From Parasitella parasitica NRRL 2501 (Eukaryota; Fungi; Mucoromycota): 64,000 nucleotides of DNA. This document shows positions 38,769-51,935 of this stretch, piece by piece. A program made the translations under genes and the position numbers. The DNA is taken from positions 1 to 64,000 of the forward strand of contig MU619325.1 in NCBI GenBank assembly GCA_025201805.1. The letters are read 5' to 3'. The notes under the pieces are model-generated. The model did not search any database. It was not told the DNA's origin and saw nothing but the letters and a program-made list of their open reading frames with translations. Position 1 is the stretch's first letter. Each line of letters begins with the position of its first letter.

Positions 38769-39770
38769 ATGGCTATAGCACAAGCAGCAGCAGATACAGC
38801 GGCGCAACCACCAACAACACCCAAGGTTGTACTACGAACATATAAAGACACTGACTTGGAGCAGGTAGAATACCTTTATCGCAGCACACAAGTTCCATTA
38901 GTGTATGAAAGCATTCGAAGCAAACTGTGGGCCTTTCCTACGTGGATTATCTGGTTTGCTGTATACTCGGCTGTATTAATCAGTGTCCCTAAAACGATAG
39001 CTGTATTCATCATTCTTCCTGGCTGGGCCATGACCGTAGTGAAGCTCCTGGCAACTTTCATCTGGGGTGTTGTAGGTTTTGCTATTCTATTTATTTCCTC
39101 TGATCGTATCGAGCTTCAGAATCGTATCGATGAAGCCATGGCGAACGACTTGAAGGATCCTGATTTGTACTATTTGAATTTCAAGATCGATAAGGATGGT
39201 AAAAAGGTACGCAAGCCGGAAGCTGACCAGGTGCCTTCGCATTTTTGGGTTTTGACTCTGGATGAAGAGGTTTGCGGTATGATTGGTCTATCCTGCAATG
39301 CTGAAGACGTAGTAGACGCCAGAAGTACGTTGCCTGTTGCTTGGAAACAATTTGCAGTGGCCGTGTTTGAACTTTTGCGCTTGCCAGTGCCTGGTTTCCT
39401 GCTCAAGCAAAAGCCAAATTTTACAAAGGATGGCACCAAACATACATTTGCTCATAAGCAAATCCCCAAGACAGCTACTGTCACTCGTTGGGCTGTCCGC
39501 TCCGAACTCCAAAATTGCGGCTTCTCCACCTTGTTGATGAATAGAGCTATTAGCTGGGCACAAGAGCATGACATTAACCGTGTGTATGCCATGACGAATG
39601 AATGCTGTATGGCAGCAGAGCAAATTCTGGTAAAGCGCCATGGATTTGTAATCATGAAACGATTCAATCACAACTTTTTTGGTGAATACAGCAAATTATT
39701 CGGCTGCCGTGTGAATGAGTGGATGGAGAAGAACGGCGAAAAAACTAGAATGGCTTTCAAAAAATCTTAA
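38769..39770 (+). CDS. Membrane-anchored GNAT N-acetyltransferase (NAT8/Camello-like), intronless
   Basis: LRTYKDTD (beta1), two hydrophobic helices, DLKDP..YY, HFWV..EEVCGMIGL, AVRSELQNCGFSTLLM (motif A variant), KRHGF. Confidence 0.75.
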   Translation: MAIAQAAADTAAQPPTTPKVVLRTYKDTDLEQVEYLYRSTQVPLVYESIRSKLWAFPTWIIWFAVYSAVLISVPKTIAVFIILPGWAMTVVKLLATFIWGVVGFAILFISSDRIELQNRIDEAMANDLKDPDLYYLNFKIDKDGKKVRKPEADQVPSHFWVLTLDEEVCGMIGLSCNAEDVVDARSTLPVAWKQFAVAVFELLRLPVPGFLLKQKPNFTKDGTKHTFAHKQIPKTATVTRWAVRSELQNCGFSTLLMNRAISWAQEHDINRVYAMTNECCMAAEQILVKRHGFVIMKRFNHNFFGEYSKLFGCRVNEWMEKNGEKTRMAFKKS

Positions 39771-40115
39771 AAATTATAGCCATAACGAGTATCATGCCAC
39801 ATCATTTTAGTTTTAATTAAAATCTACATGAATCAATCTACGGATACAATCGGATAATAGTTATTTCACATTTAAGTAGAAACAGCAATGAAAATTTATA
39901 TCAGATTAACCAACAGGAGGCACCTAATCGTAACATGTCTGTTGTGCCAGGTCTTGAAAATGAGCACGGCAGGTGATTGTATGTGATATAAAAATATAAG
40001 AATGTAATAAAGACTTAGTTTACCAGATATAAACTATTGATTTATTGATTGACAAGAAGCTGTCTATTTATATTAGAATAAATCTATCTAAATCAATCTA
40101 TAAAATACAATCAGG

Positions 40116-40275
40116 TCATGTTTGACATTTAATTGTCAAAAAAGATTATAACACAGTAGTAGTCAGAGCAAGACCTATTTCTATATTTAATCAGCTAATC
40201 GTTATGAATGCGAATCATTCATCGATAAGTTGAGCTTCGCAATTTAGAATAAGTAGAACCCAAATAGATGGTTTC
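40116..40275 (+). repeat. Dispersed repeat copy B (homologous to 109-267)
   Basis: Same orientation as copy A; about 90% identity over the 92-nt core. Confidence 0.85.
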
Positions 40276-40972
40276 TTTTACAAGACATTCTTGATCTGCC
40301 ATAATGTAGGTTAGGAGATCATGATAGTGTACTTCAATTAATGATTGGAGATTGTCCAATGATGTGTTGTTATACTTGTCGAAACAGAAGAATAAAGTCT
40401 TTGTTTCAAATCAGGAAGGTTATCTGTAACACAGATCTGTATGATTGACAAACAATAAGGTACTGTCAGATCAAAGATCAATAACAGTTGCAGGACGTAA
40501 AATAATGAAATAATTAATAAACAATTATTTCCCTAAAAAAAAATCAAAGATCAATAACCTTGTAGTATAATAATACATCGTACCCTGTTAAGGATATGAT
40601 ATTGCTTGCAAATTATTCTTATCGATTAGTATCGACTAGTATTTTAAATAAGTCACCAAAAATTTATGTTGTTGTAAAAAGTATAAATAGCAGATGCAAA
40701 GTTGAATCTTTAATGAAGTAATCTAAAGTTTTCGTATCTCGTTAATTCAACATTTCATATTATACTTTTCTTATTTCAATCTTGCAGATCTCAACAGTCA
40801 TTTGAAAGGAATTTGTTATAGAGATTGCGATATGAATCCATCAAATATTGCCTACCCAACTGAGCCATCCGGTACTTATTAAATTTAAGTATTCAATCAA
40901 ATAGAAATATCTTCAAAAAAAAACTTTCAATTGGCATTGTATTTAGTGAGACAGCTCGCACGAAAGTAAGAT

Positions 40973-41407
40973 TTATTTACCAATAAAATGAAGCAATAGT
41001 AGAAACGCAAATAATACGAAATAATTAACAATGTGATCAGTTAAGCAGAAAGGCTCTCCGTCAGCCATGTATTCTGCTACAGCGTATATGTTGATATTAA
41101 TCAAACGTCTGAATAATTCCTCATAATCTACATCATCCTTGTCGCTTTCTTCTCTATGTATTGTGCGGAAATTGTCATTTGAAAATTCCTCCCCATCGTC
41201 ATCATCAGTTACAATTGAAGGTGGACTAGGTATTGAGAAGCTTCCACTCCACCAGTTTGCTATCAAATCATCCAGTTTATCTTCTTCGAGCTCTATACTG
41301 GGATGTTTTGCTCTTTTTAATGAGGGCGGTGCCTTATTTGAGTAAGATTCGACGGGATCCTCTATGAGCAGTGTGTCTGAACGACAGAAAGATCGACCAT
41401 TTGACAT
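40973..41407 (-). CDS. Hypothetical acidic protein with C-terminal hydrophobic tail
   Basis: 144-aa ORF whose frame stays open about 45 codons upstream; no recognisable domain. Confidence 0.35.
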   Translation of the reverse strand: MSNGRSFCRSDTLLIEDPVESYSNKAPPSLKRAKHPSIELEEDKLDDLIANWWSGSFSIPSPPSIVTDDDDGEEFSNDNFRTIHREESDKDDVDYEELFRRLININIYAVAEYMADGEPFCLTDHIVNYFVLFAFLLLLHFIGK

Positions 41408-41898
41408 ATAAGCTGGTTCACACTGTGACCTACATTCTTGTACAAACGCTGGTTCATATTCAAACTCAAATGATCTTTGTTTACTGTGCCATAGCCGGCA
41501 TTGTATGCCAACTATGTTGATAGTAATGTAAGTTTTTTCAAAATGCTCTAAATGTACTCAAACACCAAGCTTGTACCTGAACGAGGTTGTCTATAGTCTA
41601 ATAGCCCCTGTTGCATTGTGTATACTTGAAAGAAAAATGCGCATTTTACAATTACTTCCAAAAATCAAGCATATTTATATAAATGTTGGTGGTAACAAAG
41701 AAATAAAATCGTAATAAATATCAATATATTAAGGAGCATGTCTTGTCCATAGTCTTAATTCATGCACACTAAAAATAGCATAATATTTTGAAATTCTACA
41801 AGGTCTTGTCAACTTTTCACTGCTAATCAATGAAAGTTGTCATACAATGCGACCTAATTTGTGATTTATTTACACATAACAAGGGAATAGCAACAGGA

Positions 41899-43413
<1,515 letters not shown>

Positions 43414-43642
43414 TTCGAACGAAAAATAGTTTACGAGGAAAAGAAAAGAGATGCAAAATCAAAGGAAAAGCTATTTCTTCTTAATAATATTTATTTGTCA
43501 TGGAATTGATTTCCCACGACTTTATTGTGTGGACCCCCACATCTCATTTACATGTCGAACTGCATTTAAAAATACATATTGTTGCTGTTGCCGCATTGTA
43601 CCAGATAATTAAATGAAATAGAGAATAGGGGCTTTATACTTT

Positions 43643-46128
43643 TTATGATACAGGTAATCCCTGAGGCTCAAATAGCAGCTTTTCTATCCAATACAGTATG
43701 ATTTCCAGGACTTTACTCTTTGGTACCTGTCCTGAAGCAGCAGCTACCAACGCCTGCTCCCAACCATTCTGTCCTGGTGCACCATCCAATAAAAATGTTG
43801 ATGTAACAATGCCAAAGAAGTAAACTAACAGAGTATACAGCGCAAATGTAACTGTGTTTGTCACTATTTTGTCATCCCGTCTTGTCATTATCTTGCGGTC
43901 CTTATGATTGCCACCATTTCGAATTGTAGTAGCAATGGTAAAAGTGTTCATACTGGATGTAGACTATATAAAAAGTCAGCAGCATGTTTGCATTAGTGGT
44001 AAGCATACTGCTACCTCGTGGAAGTCTTGCACCGTCCTGTTCCTTTTATTCACTTTTCGCAGACGAGAATGAGACCAGACATCCGTTACAGGCGGCTCTG
44101 GTATTGTTAACGAGATTGAATCTAATATAGGCTTTGCGGCTAATTCATTTGCTGTTGTTATGGATGTCGATGAAGATAATGGAGGTAGAGTCACTGTGCT
44201 TGTCTTTAGCCTCAATTCCGCCAGCTCATTCATAAGAGATCTATTTTCAGAATCAAGTGCCCTTCGAAGATGATCCAGCTCGCTTTTCACTCTATCGAGG
44301 TCCTCTTTGGCCTCGGTTGCTCGGTTCTTGTAGTAGTCCTTCTCATCTCTTACTGATTTCAGTTGATCCGAGTCTGAAAATTCCGCTTCCAATGTCTGCT
44401 CATCAAAATGTTATTTACACACGCGTATGCATTACAAGGTTTCTGTTACCTTCAGGTATCCTTGGGTTTCCTCGTTGAAAGACGAAACGGATACGATAGA
44501 AGGCTGCCTTTCAATAGAAGGATGGTGGGGCTCTGTTAGAGTCGTATCATCCGCAAATTCAAAAGCAAATATGTCTCCGCCAGTACTGCTGCTGCTTTGG
44601 TGATGAAGCGCTTCGTCTAAATCAGTTTTGAGTGCATCGATTATCTCTTTCAATTTCTCATTTTCCGACTTTTGTTCCTCCAATTGCTTGTGTGCTTGAG
44701 CTGAAGTTTGCAGTTCCATCTCGAGATTACTCTGAAGGCCAATCAATCTCTTTCTCTCTTGGTTCAATAGCTGGACTTCGTAGTGGAAAAAATCTAGTAG
44801 ATGTTCAGTTTTTTTAAGGTCGCACTCCTTTTGCCGCAATAAATTTTGAAGTTCTTGTGTTTCGTCTAATGTCAGTGTATAAATGATGCATTCTGTGTGT
44901 GAATAGAATCAATTCTTACGGCATTTTTCATCAAACAATGACTTGATGGATAGATAAACCTGTTTTTGATCTGTTTCTGATCTTTGAATGTTTGAAATGT
45001 GAGTCTCGAGCTAGATGAAGAAAACATTCGTCAATTTGATCCTGTTTCTACGTCCAATATACTATTTACAGCACTAATCTGATCCAAGCTGTTCTTTTCC
45101 TTTCCCTTGTACTCTTGGATTTCTCTTTTCTGTTTAGCAACTTCAATGTTCATGTCGTCAACCTTGTTTTGCAAGTGAACGATTCGGTCTTCGTTATCAC
45201 GAGCCAAGGATGCTAAGCTTTTTTCAGACGATTTCAATCTCTGGGTCAGTTTAAGCGATCGACGGTAGTAACGAGCTAAATCTTGGGTTGAATACTACAT
45301 GATTTAGGTTCATTTTAATTATCCTTGTTTGCTTTTGCACACCTTCACCCCTTTTTGAGGTTTTTCGCCCCCTTACTTCTTCTTCCTCATGCTCTTCTTC
45401 CTCTTCTTCCGTCGTAATCAATTTAGATTTTCCCTCGTTTTCTCCAGGGTTTACGTTAGTTGCTTTAATTGAAGGATCACTTGAACTCTAGAAATGCATT
45501 TAGTAAAAGACCTTGCCAAATATAAAAAAAAACAGCCCATTACCATCAAATCTTGGTGGCATTCTGCCTCATCGTCTTCTCCCTGTTGGCTCTCTTCAGT
45601 GGGAAATGGAATAGTATCCGGAAGGCGGTTCCTGTCCTGAATAGAAGCAGCCACAGCTGATGGTCTTCTCTTCCACGGTGTTGATGGGTGGTTTTTCAAA
45701 GGAGGTGAGGTTCTCGGTCTTACAACTATCAAATCCTCTACAATGTGTGTTGTTGGCGCGGAAATAGACACGACTGGTGAAGGTGGGCACACCAATTTCA
45801 AAAGGCTCAAAATATCATCTGGTGTCATTTCCAGGTCGGGGTTACTTTTCGTATAGGGAAGAATGGCCTTTTTTTGGATTTGTGTCAGCAATACAACATG
45901 CTCACATACTTCGTACTGATCGATTAAAGAGAGCAGATCTTTGGTATAAATAACTCCACGCTCACTCTGCTGATCAACGAGTCGCTTTAATTGTATTTTC
46001 AAAACTGCGAATGGTATAGGTTTATGTTGATGATCCTAAAAATTGTCGTTTTTTTGATGTAGATGAGACATTAAGACCTGAAAAAGCATGATAATTAACC
46101 GTCTACCTACTTTTTTGAAGACTTGCAT
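43643..46128 (-). CDS. Tail-anchored coiled-coil protein, candidate KASH (Kms1/Kms2-like) nuclear-envelope protein
   Basis: Multi-exon gene: EF-hand-like N-terminal helical region, long heptad coiled coil, one C-terminal TM and a short tail ending WIEKLLFEPQGLPVS. Confidence 0.6.
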
Positions 46129-49100
46129 ATTGTATTGGTATATATAGCTGTAAAGAGTAATGAGTTTTTTTTTTGGAGAAAAGGTATATGCAAAGAAAAA
46201 GTTAAATTAGAGAAATCCAGCAAGTTTCAATGTTGTGTAATTGTATCTTGAGAGAGGAAGAAAAGAAACATAGCATGGTGTTCATGGTATAGTAACCATA
46301 TATAGGAGTCACCTTGCTGTGTAACTGCCATGATACAAAATCTACCCACCCAATCATACCATAAAAGTGGTTCTTCATACAGATAGTCTATGCTATAAAA
46401 AGTCAATATCTAACGTGGTTGTACACATAGAAATACGATAACATTTACTTGGAAAGCGGTTGCCTTGAGCCAATACCATATTTAATATCAAAGGTGCTTA
46501 AACATGCGTTAATATCAAAATTCATGTAATGTAGATTTTTAAAAAAGTTAATCGACTTCAAACATTTAATAAAGGCCACGATAAGCTTGTGTAACATTTG
46601 AAACTTTACATCTGTATGCAAAAAGAACTTAATTTTGAGCAATCTAAATGGAATTACTATTGTGCAGTTAATGACAATTTTCTAAGCTACACCCATAAAG
46701 AATTAAACAATTTCGAGGTGCAATGGAGCAGGCAAAAGCCACAAACGTGCTGCAATGTCAAATGTAACAATCAGCATGCCTAAAGTTTGCGCCCACAATG
46801 TGATAATTCTAATCTTCAGAGGATATACCTCCTTGAAATTTACATGGACTAGTTTCCTAATTGGTACTTGATCTTGGTTTCATTTGGAAGAAAGCTTGCT
46901 TCTGGTCATTTTGCTTTTCTTTTTTTCTTCTCTTCAAGAGACAACAGTGTATGTGATGAGAAACATAATAAAAATCGCTTCCAGGTAGTAGCTATCCTTC
47001 AGTTACCAAGCGCATCATTTTTAAAAGTAGGCTTTTCTCTAATTGTCTAAAATGCAGTGCCTGGTAACGCTAAACAAGCTTTGATCGTACCTTAACTTTT
47101 ATATTTCTACCTTATATATGTCTCAAAGCCTTAATTTCGTTGTCTTATAAATCTTTATTGAGTATAACCTCCACGAGAGTATAGCAATGGTAGATTTTGA
47201 CACCATATCCTATAGCATTTTAAGCATTGATTTACATCAGCAACTTTCAATTTATCTATATTTTGATGTCCCTGAATTAAAATAGCTATGTTCCTCTTGG
47301 AGAATGGTATACTTTACTAATTATTACTACAAATTGAGCTGCACTTGTGTTTAATTTAGGCGTTTTTCATTGATGTTACTAACAATTTTGTAGACGTTTT
47401 CTACATTTGAAGTAGACAAAAGTCCGTAAAGCAAACAACTCGTAAACAAAGCAACCGTACATGTCAATATCTGTATACGATATTATTTCTTTACAGCAGT
47501 AGTACCACTATGCTCTATTTCATCTGCCAACATTTTGTTGTTGTTTACTGTGCTTATGTCTTTTAAGCTATGTATTTGAGAAGTATGGTGAGTTAGCATA
47601 TGAGATACAAATCAAACTGTAGTTAATATCGATTAGCTATACCTTTATGATCATGGGAAAATACCGAGCTCACTGTGAACAGAAACCTCGTATGATACTC
47701 CCGCTTATGATGAAGCATTCTTCAGATCCTGATGCTGTTATTAATATTGATAGTCCACAACATCATTGTGCAAAATGCGACAAGTACCTCCCAACGAAAC
47801 GTCGTCAAGCCCTTTGTAAAACCTGACGCTATCATTGATCTCAATAATCCCGATTCTTATTATGCTTATTTACGGTTTCAGGTATCATTTAATGCTGATA
47901 TCACCGTTATTAACAGAAAATAGCCCATACCATCTTTAATATGTTGTCTATTAAAAACTTTATACATTTCGAGTTAAAGGCTTCATCTCAGAAAGGGTGG
48001 TATCTTAAAATCTCATTACACTGCAAGAATTGAATTCATTGTCTTGTTTCCTGAAAACTTCCAATTTGAAGAATTATTGAAGGCCTTTCGTACCTAGCTC
48101 CTAACTTTTTATTATTTACGTTAAGATGTCTCTTGAATCGCTGCTTTTCAGATCATCAAAGGTGAAGAGACCTAGTCAAATTTGCTGGGTAGTAAAATTG
48201 TAAAATATCATTTCGTTGTCTCACGTAAAATACATGTATGTAGAAGCTACAAGAGACTTTGACTTGATTTGATTCAAGCAGAATTAGTTTCAAATCTTGC
48301 ATTATATTACTTTGCATCATATATTTGTTGTGTATCGAATAGTCTTAATGAATATCGTCATGCGCACTATATGTAAAATGAAACAAGCTTCCTTTTTCTT
48401 AAAAACAGGGTTATATTAGGCAATTGCAGCTGAATGATTTGCATAACACGGCACGCTTAGCCATGTAAGCGAGAAACGAATGTAAAATAGCATGTATCAA
48501 AATCATCGTTTACAGAGTGTTTTCAGTTGTATGCCATGATATGTGGCGATCGACAATGTTGACGCATTGATTTCGTTAATGTATACATGTATGCTTTGTA
48601 TGTTTAGACAAACAGGTTTCAGGGAACCAGCTCTGAATCATGAAATTGTTTCACTGAGCGAAAATTGGGTGTGCTCAAATCGAACGATTTTCGTCTACCC
48701 CAATTAAACCTTGCACAAGTTGTATATCGAGATAGTTTGGTTCCATTTTTTGGTCAACCATCGTTGTAGGTATCAAACATGATTGGGTCGATTAGTTTAC
48801 GCCTCAATTATCAAAAAAAAAAAAAAAAAAATACACAGCCATCAAAGTTTAAAACGCATTTCTTGTTTAATTGGAATGAACTGCATTTATCAAGAGTTAA
48901 CGTAAAATGACAGGAATTTTCTATCAGTAATGAATGGTAGGCGATCTTTCTAATCAAATTAGTAATAAAACACAAATCAGAAACCCAAAAAAAAAAGTAG
49001 AAAATGGGATCAACGAGGCTTACGAGTTTGTCATCCCTTACCAAGCCTCAAGTTAGCATTTTGTTACGGAGACTATATAAATCTATATTAAAAAGTAAAA

Positions 49101-49155
49101 AAAAAAAAAGAAAACTCCCATCTTTACCATCTTTTTACTTGATAAAATACGAGAA

Positions 49156-50544
49156 ATGACAAATAACACTTACTGGCAGCCGTTCCCCACAAATTTGATA
49201 GACGCCCCAAGCTTATTAATGTCTCAGCAACAACCGCCTTCAGCCCATTTACCTCATCCTCAACAGCAGCAGCAACCACCACAGCAACAGCAACAGCAGC
49301 AACAGCAGCAACAGCAGCAACAGCACTCTAATCAACATCAATCGCAATGGTCCAATGAGCCCGACAAAAGAAAGTGGAATCCAGATTTTAGTGAGTTCGA
49401 TTTAAATTCACATGCAAGTAAAATGTTTCGTAAGTACTTTACCACATTATCGCACATTTGAACCTACCGACTCAAGCATATGGGTAATAGACATGGACGA
49501 CTATAATAGCAGCAACAACAATAATGACCCCAGCGAAGGTGATAGTCCAGGTACATAAATTCATCAGTATAATATGAATAAGGCGTTTCTAATCTTTTTT
49601 TTTTTTTTATAATTTTTTCTTCTTTTGTAGATAGTGGAGGTGGGTCTCAAAGACGACATGATTTATTGTCAGACCCTGCTTTATTTCAAGTAAGTGCATT
49701 ATTCAAAGTTTTGTATCTGAAGCCAACAATACTTAAATAGGGTGGTGATCAAAAGCAACGACGAAAAGAGCAAAATAGGGCTGCTCAGAGAGCCTTCAGA
49801 GAGCGCAAAGAAAGGTATGTCAAAGAGCTTCAGGTCAAAATCAAAGAAATGGAAAAGAAACATCACAACGAGCTTGTCCGCGTAAATAAAGAAAACGACT
49901 CTTTAAAAGCTCTTGTTAAAAATATGGAAGCCGAGATTTATACTCTCAAAGGGGCGGCCATGGCATTCAATATGTCTATTAGCAAATTGCGAGAAGCAGG
50001 ACTTGACGTTCAAACAACTTCGGTTATTCGTGACACACCTTCGCCTCCTCAATCTGTTGATAGACACCCCTCACCACCTGCTCATCCCTATGAAAAGCAA
50101 ATCTCTCGCTCCTCTGCGATCGCCACTTTGCGTGATAAAGACGGATACTCTACCACCGACAGACACTCTGCCATAAGAGATTCCTTATTTGATACTGTCA
50201 ATCAATACAACGCGGCATATACTGTTTACAAGCATCAGCGTCATGCGTCGGATGATGACTTAACTATTGAAAATGATGAATCCCCACATTCAGCCAGTTT
50301 TGCCGAACGAGAAGTGAGTCGATTTGAACATAAAGTAGACCCGATAGTTACTTCTGGCGCCAAAATGATTCCGTGCTCCCAGATTTGGGAAAAACTATCG
50401 CAACATCCAAATTTTGATGAGTTTGATATGGATCAGCTATGCAAAGAACTGAAGAAGAAGGCTATATGCTCTGGGACTGGGCCTGTTATTCCAGAGTCTG
50501 AACTGCAAGATGTGTTGCTCAGGATGGATTCTCGACAAATTTAA
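49156..50544 (+). CDS. AP-1/Yap1-like bZIP transcription factor with C-terminal cysteine-rich domain
   Basis: KQRRKEQNRAAQRAFRERKE basic region. C-terminus IPCSQIWEKLSQHPNF..MDQLCKELKKKAICSGTG matches the Yap1/Pap1 c-CRD. N-terminal polyQ. Confidence 0.9.
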
Positions 50545-51085
50545 ACTTTTTCCGTGTATTAATCTTTTGCTCCTTTATTCTTGTATATTTTTACCATTGC
50601 CATTATATAATTTCCTTTAATTTTTTGATCCAAGACTACAGTTATTGTATTTGCTTGCTGTTACATAGTACCATTCTGCTTGTTTTTTTCTTTTTTTGAT
50701 TAATATTATAAATCTTTGCACAGGCTTCCCCTTTATGTCTGTAAATCCATCATGAAAGGGAGAAAACGGTGGCGAGGGTACAATAACGATACATAATGGT
50801 ATATTTAGACGTATATGCACACATGCATTTAAAATGCGAATTTTGCATTGTATTTATTTTTATAAAAGGTTTTGCCTTCCATGCTGATCAACTGACACAA
50901 TAAATAACCTGCTCCCCGTAATGATAAACAAATGCTGTAACTCTTTCTTTGCTGCTGCCACTCACTTGCGCCCATATGTCATGCACTAGTAAACATTTAG
51001 AGTAATTTGTGTATAAATATACACAACTCTATACATTTTTCTTTTCTTCCCTTTTCCTCTCTTCGCTCCCTCTTATTCTACAGCA

Positions 51086-51736
51086 ATGAATGCAAATCAC
51101 CATCATCGCTCCCGAGCTAATATAGTCAAATCAAATAGTTACCATGGCAGCGGCCAGTTCTATCGTCATACATGGACAGATGCCCCACAACAGAGCAACA
51201 TGGTTTCGCCTCCAATAAAACGGATTTCACGTGCTACTACAATGTCAACCATTATGGAGAAGCAGCATTCACCTCATGGCACAACATCACCCACACCCTC
51301 ACCACAAAACCATAGAAATAAAAAAAGAAACTCATCAAGCAGTAATCGCATCAGCGCATTAGGATTAACGGACGATGATATCCCATTGGCTTTATTGGCA
51401 TACAAGAAGGGATATACAAGCATGCCTCCTACTAACAGCAATACTACATCCAAAGCAGATAGGCCTTCTCCACATATTCGTCGTAATCTTAGCCAATCGT
51501 CAGATGCATCTATGGTAAAGACAAAGAGGCCACAGCCAACACCAACATCAAACAAGAGGAAACAGAACCGTATACCTTACCAAATTAAAACCAACACAGA
51601 TAGCAGCACATCTCAATCCTCCACAGTGATAGCCACACCCACAATTGAAAAAGAATCCTCTGAGAAGAAGCCAGCAATCAAAAAGAAGTGGTTTTCATCT
51701 CTGCGTAAATTGCTTTCTTTGCCTTCCAAAAAATAA
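51086..51736 (+). CDS. Hypothetical basic disordered protein with DDDIPL motif
   Basis: 216-aa intronless ORF preceded by TATAAA (51012-51017) and a pyrimidine tract; ends in amphipathic KKKWFSSLRKLL. Confidence 0.7.
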   Translation: MNANHHHRSRANIVKSNSYHGSGQFYRHTWTDAPQQSNMVSPPIKRISRATTMSTIMEKQHSPHGTTSPTPSPQNHRNKKRNSSSSNRISALGLTDDDIPLALLAYKKGYTSMPPTNSNTTSKADRPSPHIRRNLSQSSDASMVKTKRPQPTPTSNKRKQNRIPYQIKTNTDSSTSQSSTVIATPTIEKESSEKKPAIKKKWFSSLRKLLSLPSKK

Positions 51737-51935
51737 TCATTTATCCCCTTGCATCTCGTTTTATCGGATTTGATTTATATTTGGTTATTTTAAAAGGCTT
51801 AGTTGGTAGCAGCAACAACAAAAGACCTGCTTGTGCAGCACATTGTGTGTATGTAAAAGGACAATCTTTTTATTTTTATTTTTAATATAGTATAATGTAA
51901 TGTATGTATGTACAGTTCGTAATAAAAAGGTTATC

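Noticed and set aside
47480-48180. Protein-like fragments in intergenic DNA (also 27075-27490, 35816-36001, 61380-61660)
   Set aside because: They are short, interrupted by stops and carry no recognisable motif, so no call can be supported without a search.
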